A stretch of 64,000 bases of DNA, taken from the NCBI GenBank assembly GCA_002269645.1, contig NIVC01000529.1:15497-79496 (forward strand), read 5' to 3'. Made by a program: the position numbers and the translations under genes. The notes beneath the pieces were generated by a model, which was given only the letters and a program-made list of their open reading frames with translations, did no database searches and was not told where the DNA came from. Positions 1 through 13,104 of the stretch are shown here, piece after piece. This DNA comes from Macrostomum lignano. Its lineage: Eukaryota. Positions within the stretch are counted from its first letter, which is position 1. Every line of letters begins with the position of its first letter.

Positions 1-1190
<1,190 letters not shown>

Positions 1191-1414
1191 TACATGTCGT
1201 TGTCTCTCTTATCCAGCTATTTCTTCTATCAAACCTAGATAAACCTAATAATGTATCTAACAAAAATAGAAGCAGGACGTGAAAGAGAGGCCCGACAGAG
1301 ACACGGCAAGCAGAGAAAACACAAACAAACAAAAGAAGAGCAACTCAGTCAGTTATAAGATAAATAAACACACAATAACACAGGAGTCCGCCAATATTCC
1401 CAGTAAAGTCAGAC

Positions 1415-1944
1415 CTGACGCAATAGTAGACACCGGGACTGCTATTAGCATAGCTGGCGTTGCCGCCGCATTCGTATAAATAATGCTGATGATGCTGATT
1501 GTGATGCTGGGACTGATGCTGATGGGGCTGAGCAAACTGCTGATGTTGCTGATAGTAAAGCTCATAGGGATCACTTAGCTGCTGATGCGCAGGGATCAAT
1601 GAATCAAAGTCGGCAGCAGCAGCAGCTCCAAGTGGCTCAACAAAAAGCTCATCTTGCTGATATGCGGGCGTCATCAGCGGGTCAGCGTACAGCACCGGGT
1701 CTGTCGACGAAGCGGCACCAGCCGCCGAGCTTGAAGTGGCGATGGACTCGGCATCGTATTTAACAACACCTTCGACAGGATGCTGATGCTGAGGAGGATG
1801 CTGAGGCTGATAATAATCTGACCAGTAGTACTCGGGAGCAGGCTGAGGCGGGTAGCAACCAGCTTGACTGTTGCCAAGCACCAGGTCTAGAGGATCCAGA
1901 CCCAGAAGCTGCTGATGCTGCTGATACTGCTGTTCCGGATCCAT
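1415..1944 (-). CDS. Candidate alternative first coding exon of CSL (MDPEQQY...YYCV, Q/H/Y-rich)
   Basis: ATG 1944; low-complexity TF-like ORF; donor GTC AG|gtctga at 1414 is phase 2 and joins exon 645 in frame (530 nt = 176 codons+2). Confidence 0.65.
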
Positions 1945-2338
1945 ATTTATATATTTATAATGATGATTTCTACCTCGATGGGAATTCTCAGACGGGATTA
2001 TCGCACAGAATTGCTCCCACACAGAAGCTCCAGCGAAAGACTCACACAGAGACTCGAAGCTTGGAGCAGCTTATATTTATATACAGGCATGAGAAAGTGG
2101 ATTGGACTCAAAAAAACATTATAATGCGTGCCACGTATAAACTTGAGAAGCTGTTATAAAGCATTTATTTATTATTTTATTGCTCAATTTAGCAGTTACA
2201 AAATTTGTGTTATTTTCTGTTCTGCCCCATCACACGGCCAGCCGCCCGTGACTCCAGCGAGAGCAGAGGGCGGAGACGAGAGCCATAAAGTTCTGCTGCC
2301 GCGCATGTGGGGACACGGGGAGAGAAAAGGGGAACTGA

Positions 2339-2400
<62 letters not shown>

Positions 2401-2699
2401 CAAGAAAGCACGTTGGAAGTCAATTAAAGAAATTAAAAGACAGAGAGGATCTCCTATACACCGAAATTGAGCTCATGCATTCACAGTGCTTACACACGTG
2501 CTATTTAGGGACTTTGGCCTCAAGCCAAATATGGACAGGGCAAGCACGATAGGTCTGAAACACTGTCATTTATAGTAACTAACCGCTTAATAGGGCTCTT
2601 TTTCCAGCCTCTAGCCATTGTTGTCAGCAATTTGACTGATTTATCTTGGCCCTGACTCTCAACTAACTTCATCCTGACTCGCCAGATCAAGCTCAACTT

Positions 2700-3460
2700 T
2701 GATCTTATCAAATCTATATCTCACCCTAAATCTCAAACAATCTCACCCATACATGCGCAACTTTGGGAATCACCCGGCCGTTTCTATTGGCAACATACAC
2801 ATGTAAGTCGCTATTGGCTGAGAGCAGTCACGTGACTACTATTCCGTCCAATAGCGACTTACATGTGTGTGTTGCCAATAGAAACGGCCGAGTGAATCCC
2901 AAGGTTGCGCCCAAGCATGATCTCACCCCTGACTCGTACACAATCTCACCCTTGATTCTTAAACAATCTCACCCTGAATTAACAATCGCACCCCGAATCT
3001 CAACCAATCTCACTCTGACTCTTGAACAATCTCACCCTCGAATCTTAACTAATCTCACCCCAGACTCTCAACCAATCTCATCCCTGACTCTCAACCAATC
3101 TCACCCTCGAATCTCAACCAATCTCACCCCTGACTCTCAACCAATCTCACCCTCGAATCTCAACCAATCTCACCCCTGACTCTCAACCAATCTCACCCAA
3201 TCTCACCCCTGACTCTCAACCAATCTCACCCCTGACTCTCAACCAATCTCACCCCTGACTCTCAACCAATCTCATCCCTGACTCTCAACCAATCTCACCC
3301 CTGACTCTCAACCAATCTCATCCCTGACTCTCAACCAATCTCATCCCTGACTCTCAACCAATCTCATCCCTGACTCTCAACCAATCTCACCCCTGACTCT
3401 CAACCAATCTCATCCCTGACTCTCAACCAATCTCACCCTGACTCAAAACCTAATTTCACC
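2700..3460. repeat. 23-bp minisatellite ctgactctcaaccaatctcaccc
   Basis: Direct reading; contains the MITE insertion at 2748-2919. Confidence 0.9.
2748..2919. mobile_element. 172-bp foldback MITE, CAT...ATG termini, 8-bp TSD (P-element-like non-autonomous), copy 1
   Basis: ~63-bp internal inverted arms; flanked by atctcacc on both sides (2740-2747, 2920-2927); 160/172 identical to the inverted copy at 45737-45908. Confidence 0.85.
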
Positions 3461-3488
3461 CCTGACAGAACCCAATCAATCAACTCAC

Positions 3489-3645
3489 TTGTTAATAGGC
3501 TGTAGAGTGCCGCCGCCGCTGGAGCAATTAGCGGGTGGCAACTGCGATGGAAGCTGGACAGTCGGTGGCGACGACTCGGTTGCATGTCCACCGGCAGTCC
3601 GGCGAGAGCTGACTCCTTCGTCTGATCTTTCGTCAGTGGCCATCG
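3489..3645 (-). CDS. Candidate CSL upstream exon (AMATDERSDEGVSS...GGGTLQPIN)
   Basis: Acceptor tctctcccgcctgcag|3645 (phase 1), donor AA|gtgagt at 3488 (phase 2), open frame; links the 7122 donor to the 645 acceptor in frame. ATG at 3643 could also initiate. Confidence 0.65.
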
Positions 3646-3854
3646 CTGCAGGCGGGAGAGATGAGGCATCAAATTTCAGTTTGACAGATTATTTGTGAGC
3701 TACAATGTACGCCAACCAGTACAGCTCGATGGTAAGGATAAATAGGAAAAGATTATGCAATGGGCAGTGAGCAGCTGACATGAAAGTTTGTGTACGATAA
3801 TTTTAAATTGCAACTTCTCTGCTTATCTGCTTATAAACCTGCGTGTCTGATTTA

Positions 3855-4059
3855 AATGTCTGCCTGTCTGCCTGCCTTTCCGTCTGTCTGCCCGTCTGTC
3901 CGCCAGTCAGCCTTCCTATCTGTCTGTCTGTCTGCCTGTCTGTCTGTCCTGTTTTAGTGTCTGTCTGCCCATCCATCTGTCTGTCTGTCTGCCTGCCTGT
4001 CCGTCTGTCTGCCTGCCTGTCCGTCTGTCTGCCCGTCTGTCCGCCAGTCAGCCTTCCTA

Positions 4060-4110
<51 letters not shown>

Positions 4111-4435
4111 GCCTGCCTGTCTGTCTGCCTGTCCGTCTGTCTGCCCGCCTGTCCGCCAGTCAGCCTTCCTATCTGTCTGGCTGTCTGCCTGTCTGTCTGT
4201 CCTGTTTTAGTGTCTGTCTGCCCATCCATCCGTCTGTCTGTCTGTCTGTCTGCCTGTCTGTCTGTCTGCCTGCCTGTCCGTCTGTCTGCCCGTCTGTCCG
4301 CCAGTCAGCCTTCCTATCTGTCTGTCTGTCTGTCCTGTTTTAGTGTCTGTCTGCCTGTCTGTCTGTCTTAGTGTCTGTCTGTCTGTCCTTCTGTTTTAGT
4401 GTCCGTCTGTCCGTCTGTCTGTCTGTCTGTCTGCT
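3855..4435. repeat. (TGTC)n microsatellite. Also (GA)n at 2342-2394 and (CT)n at 4959-4988 and 5791-5845
   Basis: Direct reading. Confidence 0.9.
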
Positions 4436-4512
4436 AGTCTGCAGACAAACATTTACCTCCTACAAAGGATCCGTCTCTAGCATCAAGACGCTGAAGTGAG
4501 TCAGCAGACGAC

Positions 4513-4667
4513 CTGAATTCTTTCAAAAAGCAGCTGCTGCAGTCCCCGTCAGGAGCTCGATGAGTCGGTGTGGAGTCAATCCGTTCTAACAAGGCACTGT
4601 CGGCTTGATAATGACGCTGCTGCTGATGATGATGCAGCAGAAGAGGCTGGGCTAGTTCGCACTGCAT
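4513..4667 (-). CDS. Candidate alternative first coding exon of CSL (MQCELAQPLLLHHHQQQ...KEF)
   Basis: ATG 4667; donor TTC AG|gtcgtc at 4512, phase 2, compatible with the 645 acceptor; donor consensus is weak. Confidence 0.45.
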
Positions 4668-4955
4668 CCCAAATCTGAGTCGAAATGCACTTGTAGAGAA
4701 GATTTCTAGTTTTAGACTCGAGAAACTTATTATGTTCGTATCTTAGTGCTCAATTTATCTCTGAATGCTCAATATTGAGTCATATATATATATATATATG
4801 TGACTCAGAAAGCGATGGGGTGGGGGAGCAGGGGAACCTGCTCCGCTCTGCAGTCTACTAGCTAAGGGGGGAACTGAGCATGAGCACACCCCACACGTTC
4901 AAAGAGGGATGCTGGAGGACTGGAGGAGGAGAGGAGGTTGGGGACTGGGCTCGAG

Positions 4956-4990
<35 letters not shown>

Positions 4991-5786
4991 CCCTTCCCTT
5001 CTCCCTTCTTATTCTTCGCGTGGGAAAATCGGCCCCTAGAAGAACAGGTGACGCACGAAAAAGCAGGGCGCAGCTTTGAGTTAGACAGAACAGGTAAAGC
5101 AGCGCACGTGGCCACCAACCAACTGCCGTCACCCCAGCCACCACTTGACCAAGGAGATCCTTAGAACTTAGACAACTGGAGTGGAAACTCTTCTTGCCCA
5201 AAGCCTCGGCATTTTAAAGACAGTCGTAGGACAGACCTAAATTCCACATAATATAAATTTCACAAGACCTAAATTCCACAAAAACTTAAAATTCACAAAT
5301 AATAATATTTGCAACCCTTAAATTTTAGGCGATACGAAATTAAAGGTCTTATGAAAGCGCCACAAAAAATTGAGTTTATATTTAATTTGATTTCTAAATT
5401 CCTAAGTCATCGGTTTTCTAAGCCAAATTATTATCGAATATTATTTTGTAATGCCATGGTTTAAAGACGGTTAAGAGATTTTAGCTTCTTTAGAGTAACA
5501 AAGTGATACACAACAGTCGGAAATTGTCGGAAACAACCTTTTTAGAAAGGTTTAGTCAATTGTGTAACTCCAGGTTGTTAGTTGACGATGTCCATGATCA
5601 AAACCCAACATCCTCTTATCATAGCGTCACATGGTGTGGCTTGGCCCCCTGCGCAGCTGGCAAAGTTCCCATCGATTGAGGCATGACCGAATGCTTCTCA
5701 ATGCAATTCTCGCTTTAATATGATGTATGCAATGAACTCGCGCTTTTTTGCCGACTTCAATATCGCTTCTTTCTTTTAAGTTTATA

Positions 5787-5850
<64 letters not shown>

Positions 5851-5982
5851 CCTCCCCTCGCATTATAAACTTTATTCGAACTCTAAAAACCCTAAGTCCT
5901 TCCTCATCCAGTTAACAATAAAAATAATAGAATAATTAATACTAACAATAGTGTAGCCAGCCTCACAACACTCTCTCCATTC

Positions 5983-6004
5983 CGTGGGAAAATAAGCGTG
6001 TGAA
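5983..6004 (+). promoter_or_regulatory. Two tandem CSL-consensus sites CGTGGGAA (5983-5990) and CGTGTGAA (5997-6004); another CGTGGGAA at 5019-5026
   Basis: Sequence match to YGTGDGAA; lies inside the CSL locus; function inferred only. Confidence 0.4.
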
Positions 6005-6149
6005 ATTCCCAGTCAGTTATTATGTATGTTATGTTAGTTATAATATAAGCTTGATTAAACTGCGTTGCCACGGCAACGGACCCCGGCTCTACGCAGACTT
6101 ATGCAGCGGAGACTCACTGGAGATTGTCTTGAGAGAAAAAGGAGACCCG

Positions 6150-7058
6150 CTGGAGAATTCCCCAGATGGAAAATAGAAGAATTCCCCAGATGGGAAATGG
6201 TAGAATTCCCCAGATGGAAAATAGTAGAATTCCCCAGATGGTAAATAGAAGAATCCCCCATAATGCGAAATAGAAGAATTCCCCACCCAGATAGGAAACA
6301 AAGGAATTCCCCATAGATGGAAAATAGAATAACCCCCCACAGATGGGAAATAGAAGAATTCCACCAGATGGGAAATAGAAGAATTCCCCACCAGATGGGA
6401 AATAGAAGAATTCCCCACCAGATGGGAAACAGAAGAATTCCCCAGATGGGAAATAGAAGAATTCCACCAGATAGAAAATAGAAGAATTCCCCAGATGGGA
6501 AGCAGAATAATTACCTAGATGGGAAATAGAAGAATTCCCCAGATAGGAAACAGAAGAATTCCCCAGATGGAAAATAGAAGAATTCCCCACCAGATAGGAA
6601 ACAGAAGAATTCCCCAGATGGAAAATAGAAGAATTCCCCACCAGATAGGAAACAGAAGAATTCCCCAGATGGAAAATAGAAGAATTCCCCACCAGATAGG
6701 AAATAGAAGAATTCCCCAGATGGGAAACAGAAGAATTCCCCAGATGGGAAACAGAAGAATTCCCCAGATGGAAAATAGAAGAATTCCCCACCAGATGGGA
6801 AAAAAAGAATTCCTCCAGATGGGAAACAGAAGAATTCCCCAGATGGAAAATAGAAGAATTCCTCCAAATGGGAAACAGAAGAATTCCCCAGATGGAAAAT
6901 AGAAGAATTCCCCACCAGATAGGAAATAGAAGAATTCCCCAGATGGGAAATAGAAGAATTCCCCACCAGATGGGAAATAGAAGAATTCCCCACCAGATGG
7001 AAAATAGAAGAATTCCCCACCAGATAGGAAACAGAAGAATTCCCCAGATGGGAAACAG
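6150..7058. repeat. 24/27-bp minisatellite agaagaattcccc(acc)agatgggaaat
   Basis: Direct reading; ~35 units. Confidence 0.92.
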
Positions 7059-7121
7059 ATACCGGCTAAAGAACAACATAGTGGAAGCGGACACCCCCTG
7101 AAAGGCATTCGGGAACCTCAC

Positions 7122-7608
7122 CGTTGTCCCGGCCGAATGCGGTTGACCCGCCAGCTGGCCAAGCAGCCCTGGCCGAGGCTGCGCCGCTAAAATCCACCGG
7201 CTCAACCTTAGAAGCTCGGGTGGCATGCTGGTGCTGCCTTTTCAACGACTGCTGCTGGTGATAAGCGTGTCTGGCACTACTGCTAGTAGTATTAGTAGGC
7301 GAGACTGAAGCAGCCGCAGCCGCGGCGGCCGCAGCAGCCGCTGCATAGTTCAACTGATAATAACCGGCTGTCGCTGTTGCGGGCATCTCGCCAGTGCCGG
7401 GTGGATCTCCAGCTGCTGTAGCCGCAGCCGCAGCCGCCGCGGCGGCGGCCCGGGAAGCGGCTGCAGCGGCGGTAGCGGCCGAGAACATGGCTAGAGGAGA
7501 CAGCGGATGCTGACTAAACGGCGGCAGTGGGTACTGCTGCTCACTGCCGCCGCCACCGCTGCTGCCAAGGTGATGACTGTACGAATCTAGGGGCGAATTG
7601 GTGCCGAA
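7122..7608 (-). CDS. Candidate CSL upstream exon, poly-Ala/Gln/Ser-rich (FGTNSPLDSY...GRDN)
   Basis: Acceptor gatttcag|7608 (phase 0), GC-rich open frame, donor AAC G|gtgagg at 7121 (phase 1), matches the 3645 acceptor. Confidence 0.65.
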
Positions 7609-7734
7609 CTGAAATCATGCGGGGGGGGGGTCGATAGATTGTGTAACAAGTATTAAATAGTTGAGTAGAAAGTAGGCTTGAACTAAGCAAGGCAGGCAGA
7701 ATTCTAGACAAATAGGACTTAGGAGTTTAAATTT

Positions 7735-8365
7735 GTTAGATGGGATTTGCCGGATGGGATTTGGGATTTGCTAGATGAGATTTGGGATTTTTTCGGATGG
7801 GATTTAGGATTTGGGAGTTTAGTTTTGTTTGATGGAATTTGGGATTTGTCTGCTGGGATTTAAGCTTTTTATGTTCAGATTTGCCGAATGGGATTTAAGA
7901 TTTGGGAGTTTAGCTTTGCCAGATGGGACTTAAGATTTGGGAGTTTAGCTTTGCCAGATGGGATTTAAGATTTGGGAGTTTAGCTTTGCCAGATGGGATT
8001 TAAGATTTGGGAGTTTAGTTTTGCCAGATGGGATTTAAGATTTGGGAGTTTAGCTTTGCCAGATGGGACTTAAGATTTGGGAGTTTAGTTTTGGCAGATG
8101 GGATTTAAGATTTGGGAGTTTAGCTTTGCCAGATGGGATTTAAGATTTGGGAGTTTAGCTTTGCCAGATGGGACTTAAGATTTGGGAGTTAAGCTTTGCC
8201 AGGTGGGACTTAAGATTTGGGAGTTTAGCTTTGCCAGAAGGGATTTAAGATTTTGGAGTTTAGTTTTGCCAGATGGGATTTAAGATTTGGGAGTTTAGTT
8301 TTGCCAGGCGGGACTTAAGATTTGGGAGTTTAGATTTGTTCCATGGATTTAGGATTTGGAAGTTG
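7735..8365. repeat. 35-bp minisatellite gggatttaagatttgggagtttagctttgccagat
   Basis: Direct reading. Confidence 0.9.
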
Positions 8366-8562
8366 ATATTTTAAAGAACGGTTTACGATTAAGATCTACA
8401 TGGGTAGCAAAATGTTTTTACTACGTATCTAAAATAAATACCCACACAGTGCACCCAATTTTTAAGTAGTAAAATTCAACGTGGGATATTAAGACTTCAG
8501 GCGTCAGGCAATTACCGATGGGATCAAAAGCTTCATGCAGCCTGAATCCCAAAGCGGCTTAC

Positions 8563-8619
8563 CGGAAACAGAAACGGCAAAGCCAGCGGATGCGCGGTGT
8601 TGAGCAAATTAAATGACAT
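8563..8619 (-). CDS. Candidate short first coding exon of CSL (MSFNLLNTAHPLALPFLFP)
   Basis: ATG 8619; strong donor CCG|gtaagc at 8562, phase 0, compatible with the 7608 acceptor. Confidence 0.45.
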
Positions 8620-9301
8620 GACTAACGGAAGAACAAACAGACACAAACAAACAAAATACAGCGCGCCCAACAACGGCAGAGAAATTATGACTGAATTTGG
8701 ATTCCGACTTTCAGCTGAAGGAAGCCACCCGCTGGGTTTGATGAAGTATTCGAAAAACAACCCCACTGCACGCGATTAGGGGATGGCACAAGGGAAAAGA
8801 ATCCTGGCGAATGGGAAGAAGACAACACCTCGCCGCTCGACGGGATAAAAATCTGGGAGATTTTCAAGTCCTGCGCCGGCACAGGTAATTGCAGGAATAG
8901 TGGCCAGGCTGACAAGCCCAGCGGTGAAAAGTAGTATCTAAGGAAATGGGAGAGGGAAGACTTGACGACAACAAGGCAAAGTAGACCCGCAAAGTAAGAA
9001 AAAGAAGAAGAATGAACACCCAGCGGGAGCCCCAGACAGCGGGCGGTGCAGTGTGACATTTTCACAGACATGCGGCCATGCAGGCCAGAAGGAAATTAAA
9101 GAAGCGAGGGCTTCGGCTCCTTGTTTTCTGCTTGCAGCCTGGTCTTTTTTAGGGCCCCCTTGGCCAAGGAGAACTTGAAACAGAACTTGAAAAGAGCGCC
9201 AATTCTGCCTCTGAAATTTATCTTTCAAACACGATGAGGCACTTAGCTTGCAGGCAGGCTACGGGTCGAGACAGTAGTGCCGCAGCTTACTATGTGGCTT
9301 A

Positions 9302-10048
9302 GAGATGAGACCAAGCGGGATCTCAAGGTCGTTCAGTAAGCCACAAAGAGTCCATTTCAATTATGAGATGAGACCAAGCGGGATCTCAAGGTCGTTCAGT
9401 AAGCCACAAAGAGTCCATTTCAATTATGAGATGAGACCAAGCGGGATCTCAAGGTCGTTCAGTAAGCCACAAAGAGTCCATTTCAATTATGAGATGAGAC
9501 CAAGCGGGATCTCAAGGTCGTTCAGTAAGCCACAAAGAGTCCATTTCAATTATGAGATGAGACCAAGCGGGATCTCAAGGTCGTTCAGTAAGCCACAAAG
9601 AGCCCATTTCAATTATGAGATGAGACCAAGCGGAATCTCACGGTCGTTCAGTAAGCCACAAAGAGTCCATTTGAATTATGAGATGAGACCAAGCGGGATC
9701 TCAAGGTCGTTCAGTAAGCCACAAAGAGTCCATTTCAATTATGAGATGAGACCAAGCGGGATCTCAAGGTCGTTCAGTAAGCCACAAAGAGCCCATTACA
9801 ATTATGAGATGAGACCAAGCGGAATCTCACGGTCGTTCAGTAAGCCACAAAGAGTCCATTTCAATTATGAGATGAGACCAAGCGGAATCTCACGGTCGTT
9901 CAGTAAGCCACAAAGAGTCCATTTCAATTATGAGATGAGACCAAGCGGGATCTCAAGATCGTTCAGTAAGCCACAAAGAGTCCATTTCAATTATGAGATG
10001 AGACCAAGCGGAATCTCACGGTCGTTCAGTAAGCCACAAAGAGTCCAT
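9302..10048. repeat. 63-bp highly homogeneous tandem repeat, 12 units
   Basis: gagatgagaccaagcgggatctcaaggtcgttcagtaagccacaaagagtccatttcaattat. Confidence 0.95.
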
Positions 10049-10739
10049 TCGGCTTTCACGTTTTATAAAAATTTTGTTTGAAAACTCGAAGATTTGTGTG
10101 TCATTCCAGATTTTATTTTAATAGGTCGGTCTCCTTGAGCAGTCGCTGGTGCGCATAAAAAGTCAAGGGAAGGCTAAGGGCGGATGAGGCCGGCCCCATC
10201 AGGCCCAGAAACAATGAGTAATGACGAAGTTGATAGCCAGTGAAAGCGAGCATTGCGATATATATAGGGCAAATTCCACTCCACCGAAAACAGAGCGAGG
10301 GAAAGGAAAATCTTGCCGCCAAAGAAAGAATCTTGGAAGATTCCCATCAGCCCCGAGGCCAACAGGACCACAGCATCCCCCCCAGCCCCCCTATTAGCAA
10401 AGTGGGCAGCAAGCACGCATGGATGCAAACAGAATAGAGTGGCTTACGGGTGGAACTGGGGTGCAAATTGGGGCCCGTGCTGTGAGGCCGAAATTCTTTA
10501 AGAAAGTAAATTGAAAACCACCGCGCGTGGACCGACCGACCGTGGAGTATTAAAAATATATTATATAGATTGGATTGCAAAAGGCTGAACTGTGGATTGC
10601 AGTCATTATTATTTACTTACTCATCAAGGCCAAGGGGGCTTGGGTATTGGCCCTAATGGCACAACCCCCCCCCCACCAACCTTGGCCAAATTGCACACGC
10701 TTTACCATTAAATAATAGTTATAACAATTGATTACACCT

Positions 10740-10920
10740 GTCCCAATGGCCGGATGTGCAACCGACATCTCAGCCGGCTTTTGCGCGGCGCATCTGAAGG
10801 ACTGCGTACGGCTGCTCAGTCCAAGGACTGCAGAGTGCAGAGACTAGAATCGAACCCCTGACCTTGAGTCATAAGTCATAAGTCATAAGTCCGACGCTCT
10901 GACCACTAGGCTACTAACCC
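10740..10920 (-). mobile_element. Same SINE family, copy lacking the central CORE segment
   Basis: Shares head (gaatcgaacccc...gtccgacgctct..cactag.ctac) and tail (gcggcgcatc..aagg.ctgcgtacggctg.tcagtccaa) with 55460-55725. Confidence 0.72.
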
Positions 10921-11539
10921 ACTAAGCTACGGCCCCTTTCTTTACAATTAAAAAATGAAAGCACCAAATAAATCGAGTTTAGTTTCCCAACTCCAGAGTT
11001 TTAGAATTGGGACTCCGTGTTGATTCTGCAGAGGAAACAGGAGGCGGTCACCGTCGAGGCTGCGCCGAGGGTCTTCTGTCATCGTCGTTAATTTTTTGAA
11101 GCAAGAAACGAAAGCCAGACCTCCGAAGGCTTTACCCTGATAGGGAGATATATGAGGATCCCCCGTCCCAACAACAATTTCCCAAATCCCTAAAAAGGGA
11201 GTGTCGAAATGGCGGGTGAGGTTGTAATCCGGTCGCCACCAGAGTGCCGCCATTGGGTCATTTATCACCGCGGTCGCTGGATAGCCAACCCCATCCGCCT
11301 CCACCCCTTCCCGAGCTGCCTTATGGACTACTAAAACTAGCTACCTGGAGGCCATTGGAATTTTTGCCTCGGTCGGTGACTTTACAATAAGTCTGAGTGA
11401 CCTTTAAACAGAAAAAACGGAATGAAAGCAGAAACTTGAATACCATATTTTTCTTGTCTACTATTTGCAAAGTCATATTTGATTTTTTGTTTTAAAAACA
11501 AAATTTAATTTGATCTTCATATACCCACGAAACTTCAGT

Positions 11540-12335
11540 TACTTCACAATCCAAAAAAGTCACAATTCCTAAAATTCACAATCTCCAAGTTTAACAACCC
11601 CTAAGCTTCACAATCCCAAAGCTTCACAATCCACAACTTCAAAATCCCCAAAGATTCATAATCCCCAACCGTCACAATCTCCAGCTTTACAATTCCCAGG
11701 CTTAAAATCTCCAAATCTTCACAATCCCCAAGCTTCACAATTCCCAAGCTTAAAATCTCCAAAGCTTCACAATCCCCAAGCTTTAAAGTCCCCAAACTTT
11801 ACAACCTCAAAGCTTCATAATCCCCAACCGTCACAATCCCCAAGCTTCCAAGTCCCTTAAACTTTACAACCTCAAAGCTTCACAATATCCAAGCTTCACA
11901 ATCCCCAAACTTCACAATCCCCAAGCTTCAAATTCCCCAAACTTCACAATCCCCAAGCTTCAAATTCCCCAAACTTCACAATCTTCAAAGCTTCACAATC
12001 CCCAAACTTCACACCCCAAGCTTTACAACCTTAAAGCTTCACACTCCCCAAGCTTCACAATCTGCAAACTTTACAACCTCAAAGCTTCATAATCCCCAAC
12101 CGTCACAATCCCCAAGCTTCACAATCCGCAAACTTTACAACCTCAAAGCTTCACAATCTTCAAGCTTCACAGTCCGCAAACTTTACAACCTTAAAGCTTC
12201 ACACGTCGCGTCGTTACTTACACAATGTTGATTTTCGGATTCATTTTCCTTTTACTAGCCAAGCGAGCTACAATACCCGATTTAAAGCTTCACAATCCCC
12301 AAGCTTCACAATCCCCAAGCTTCACAATCCCCAAG
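11540..12335 (+). repeat. 16-bp array cttcacaatccccaag (left arm of inverted pair)
   Basis: Direct reading. Confidence 0.9.
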
Positions 12336-13104
12336 CATCTCTATTTGCGTGTCAGTGCGTCGCGAATTTCTCAACTTGCGAAATCGTTCTGCATGCTTTT
12401 TTTAGAACTCTCAGAATTTATGGTGTTCAAATAATTGCCTTTACCCCACATCTCTATCAATCCCTTGATTCTTCCCAAGCCGCTGCTTGCCTTTCAATGT
12501 CGCGCATTGTGCCCCCAGTGTGTTGTCTTGGGTGTTGAGCAAAAAATGGTCAATTGTCTAAGCATGACTGCAGCCACATCCAGAGCTTCTGTCCTCATTT
12601 GTCTTCTATGGACTTGAAGTTTATTTAGGCTGTTCAAAAATTTGATTCTTTCTTCTACTAAGGATTAAATTACTTGCTTATCATAGATCTTATATTCGAT
12701 GGGGATTATTCAAGGTAAGAGAAAGTTCTTAGAAGACAGACACTGCCTGTTTTTAATTAAAACATTTCACAAGCATTGTGGAATTGCATTGCAGCAGTTC
12801 CAGTGTGAACTGTTTTTTGTTTTATACAGTCAGGCTGTTTCCACAGTTTGAAAATTTCACCATGGCATAAATTATCGCTGCTGTGTCATCGCTCTGGTAT
12901 TTCCTGTTAGCTTTTGCTATTTCTAATTTTCACCTTTCTATTCAAGATAGAGAGAAGAAGCCGCATGGATTTCGAAGAAGTCCAGTGAGGTAGTAATTCG
13001 ATTTGGTCAATAAAATATTTACATGAGAGTTTTTCAACTTGCGGTACTTTTGTAGTTTTTACGGCATTTTAAAGTTTTTGGATTGGGATGTTTAAGGGAG
13101 TATA

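Noticed and set aside
9302-10048. Regular 63-bp repeats suggesting a CRISPR array or a 258-aa repeat protein
   Set aside because: No unique spacers, no cas genes, eukaryotic intronic context; the ORF exists because the unit is a stop-free multiple of 3.
10845-10920. tRNA gene candidates (also ~55665-55725 and 54376-54445)
   Set aside because: A/B boxes present but no complete cloverleaf or acceptor stem; they are SINE heads.
10113-11304. Short ORFs 10113-10322 and 10948-11304 as possible retroelement remnants
   Set aside because: No convincing RT, RNase H or zinc-knuckle motif on manual translation.
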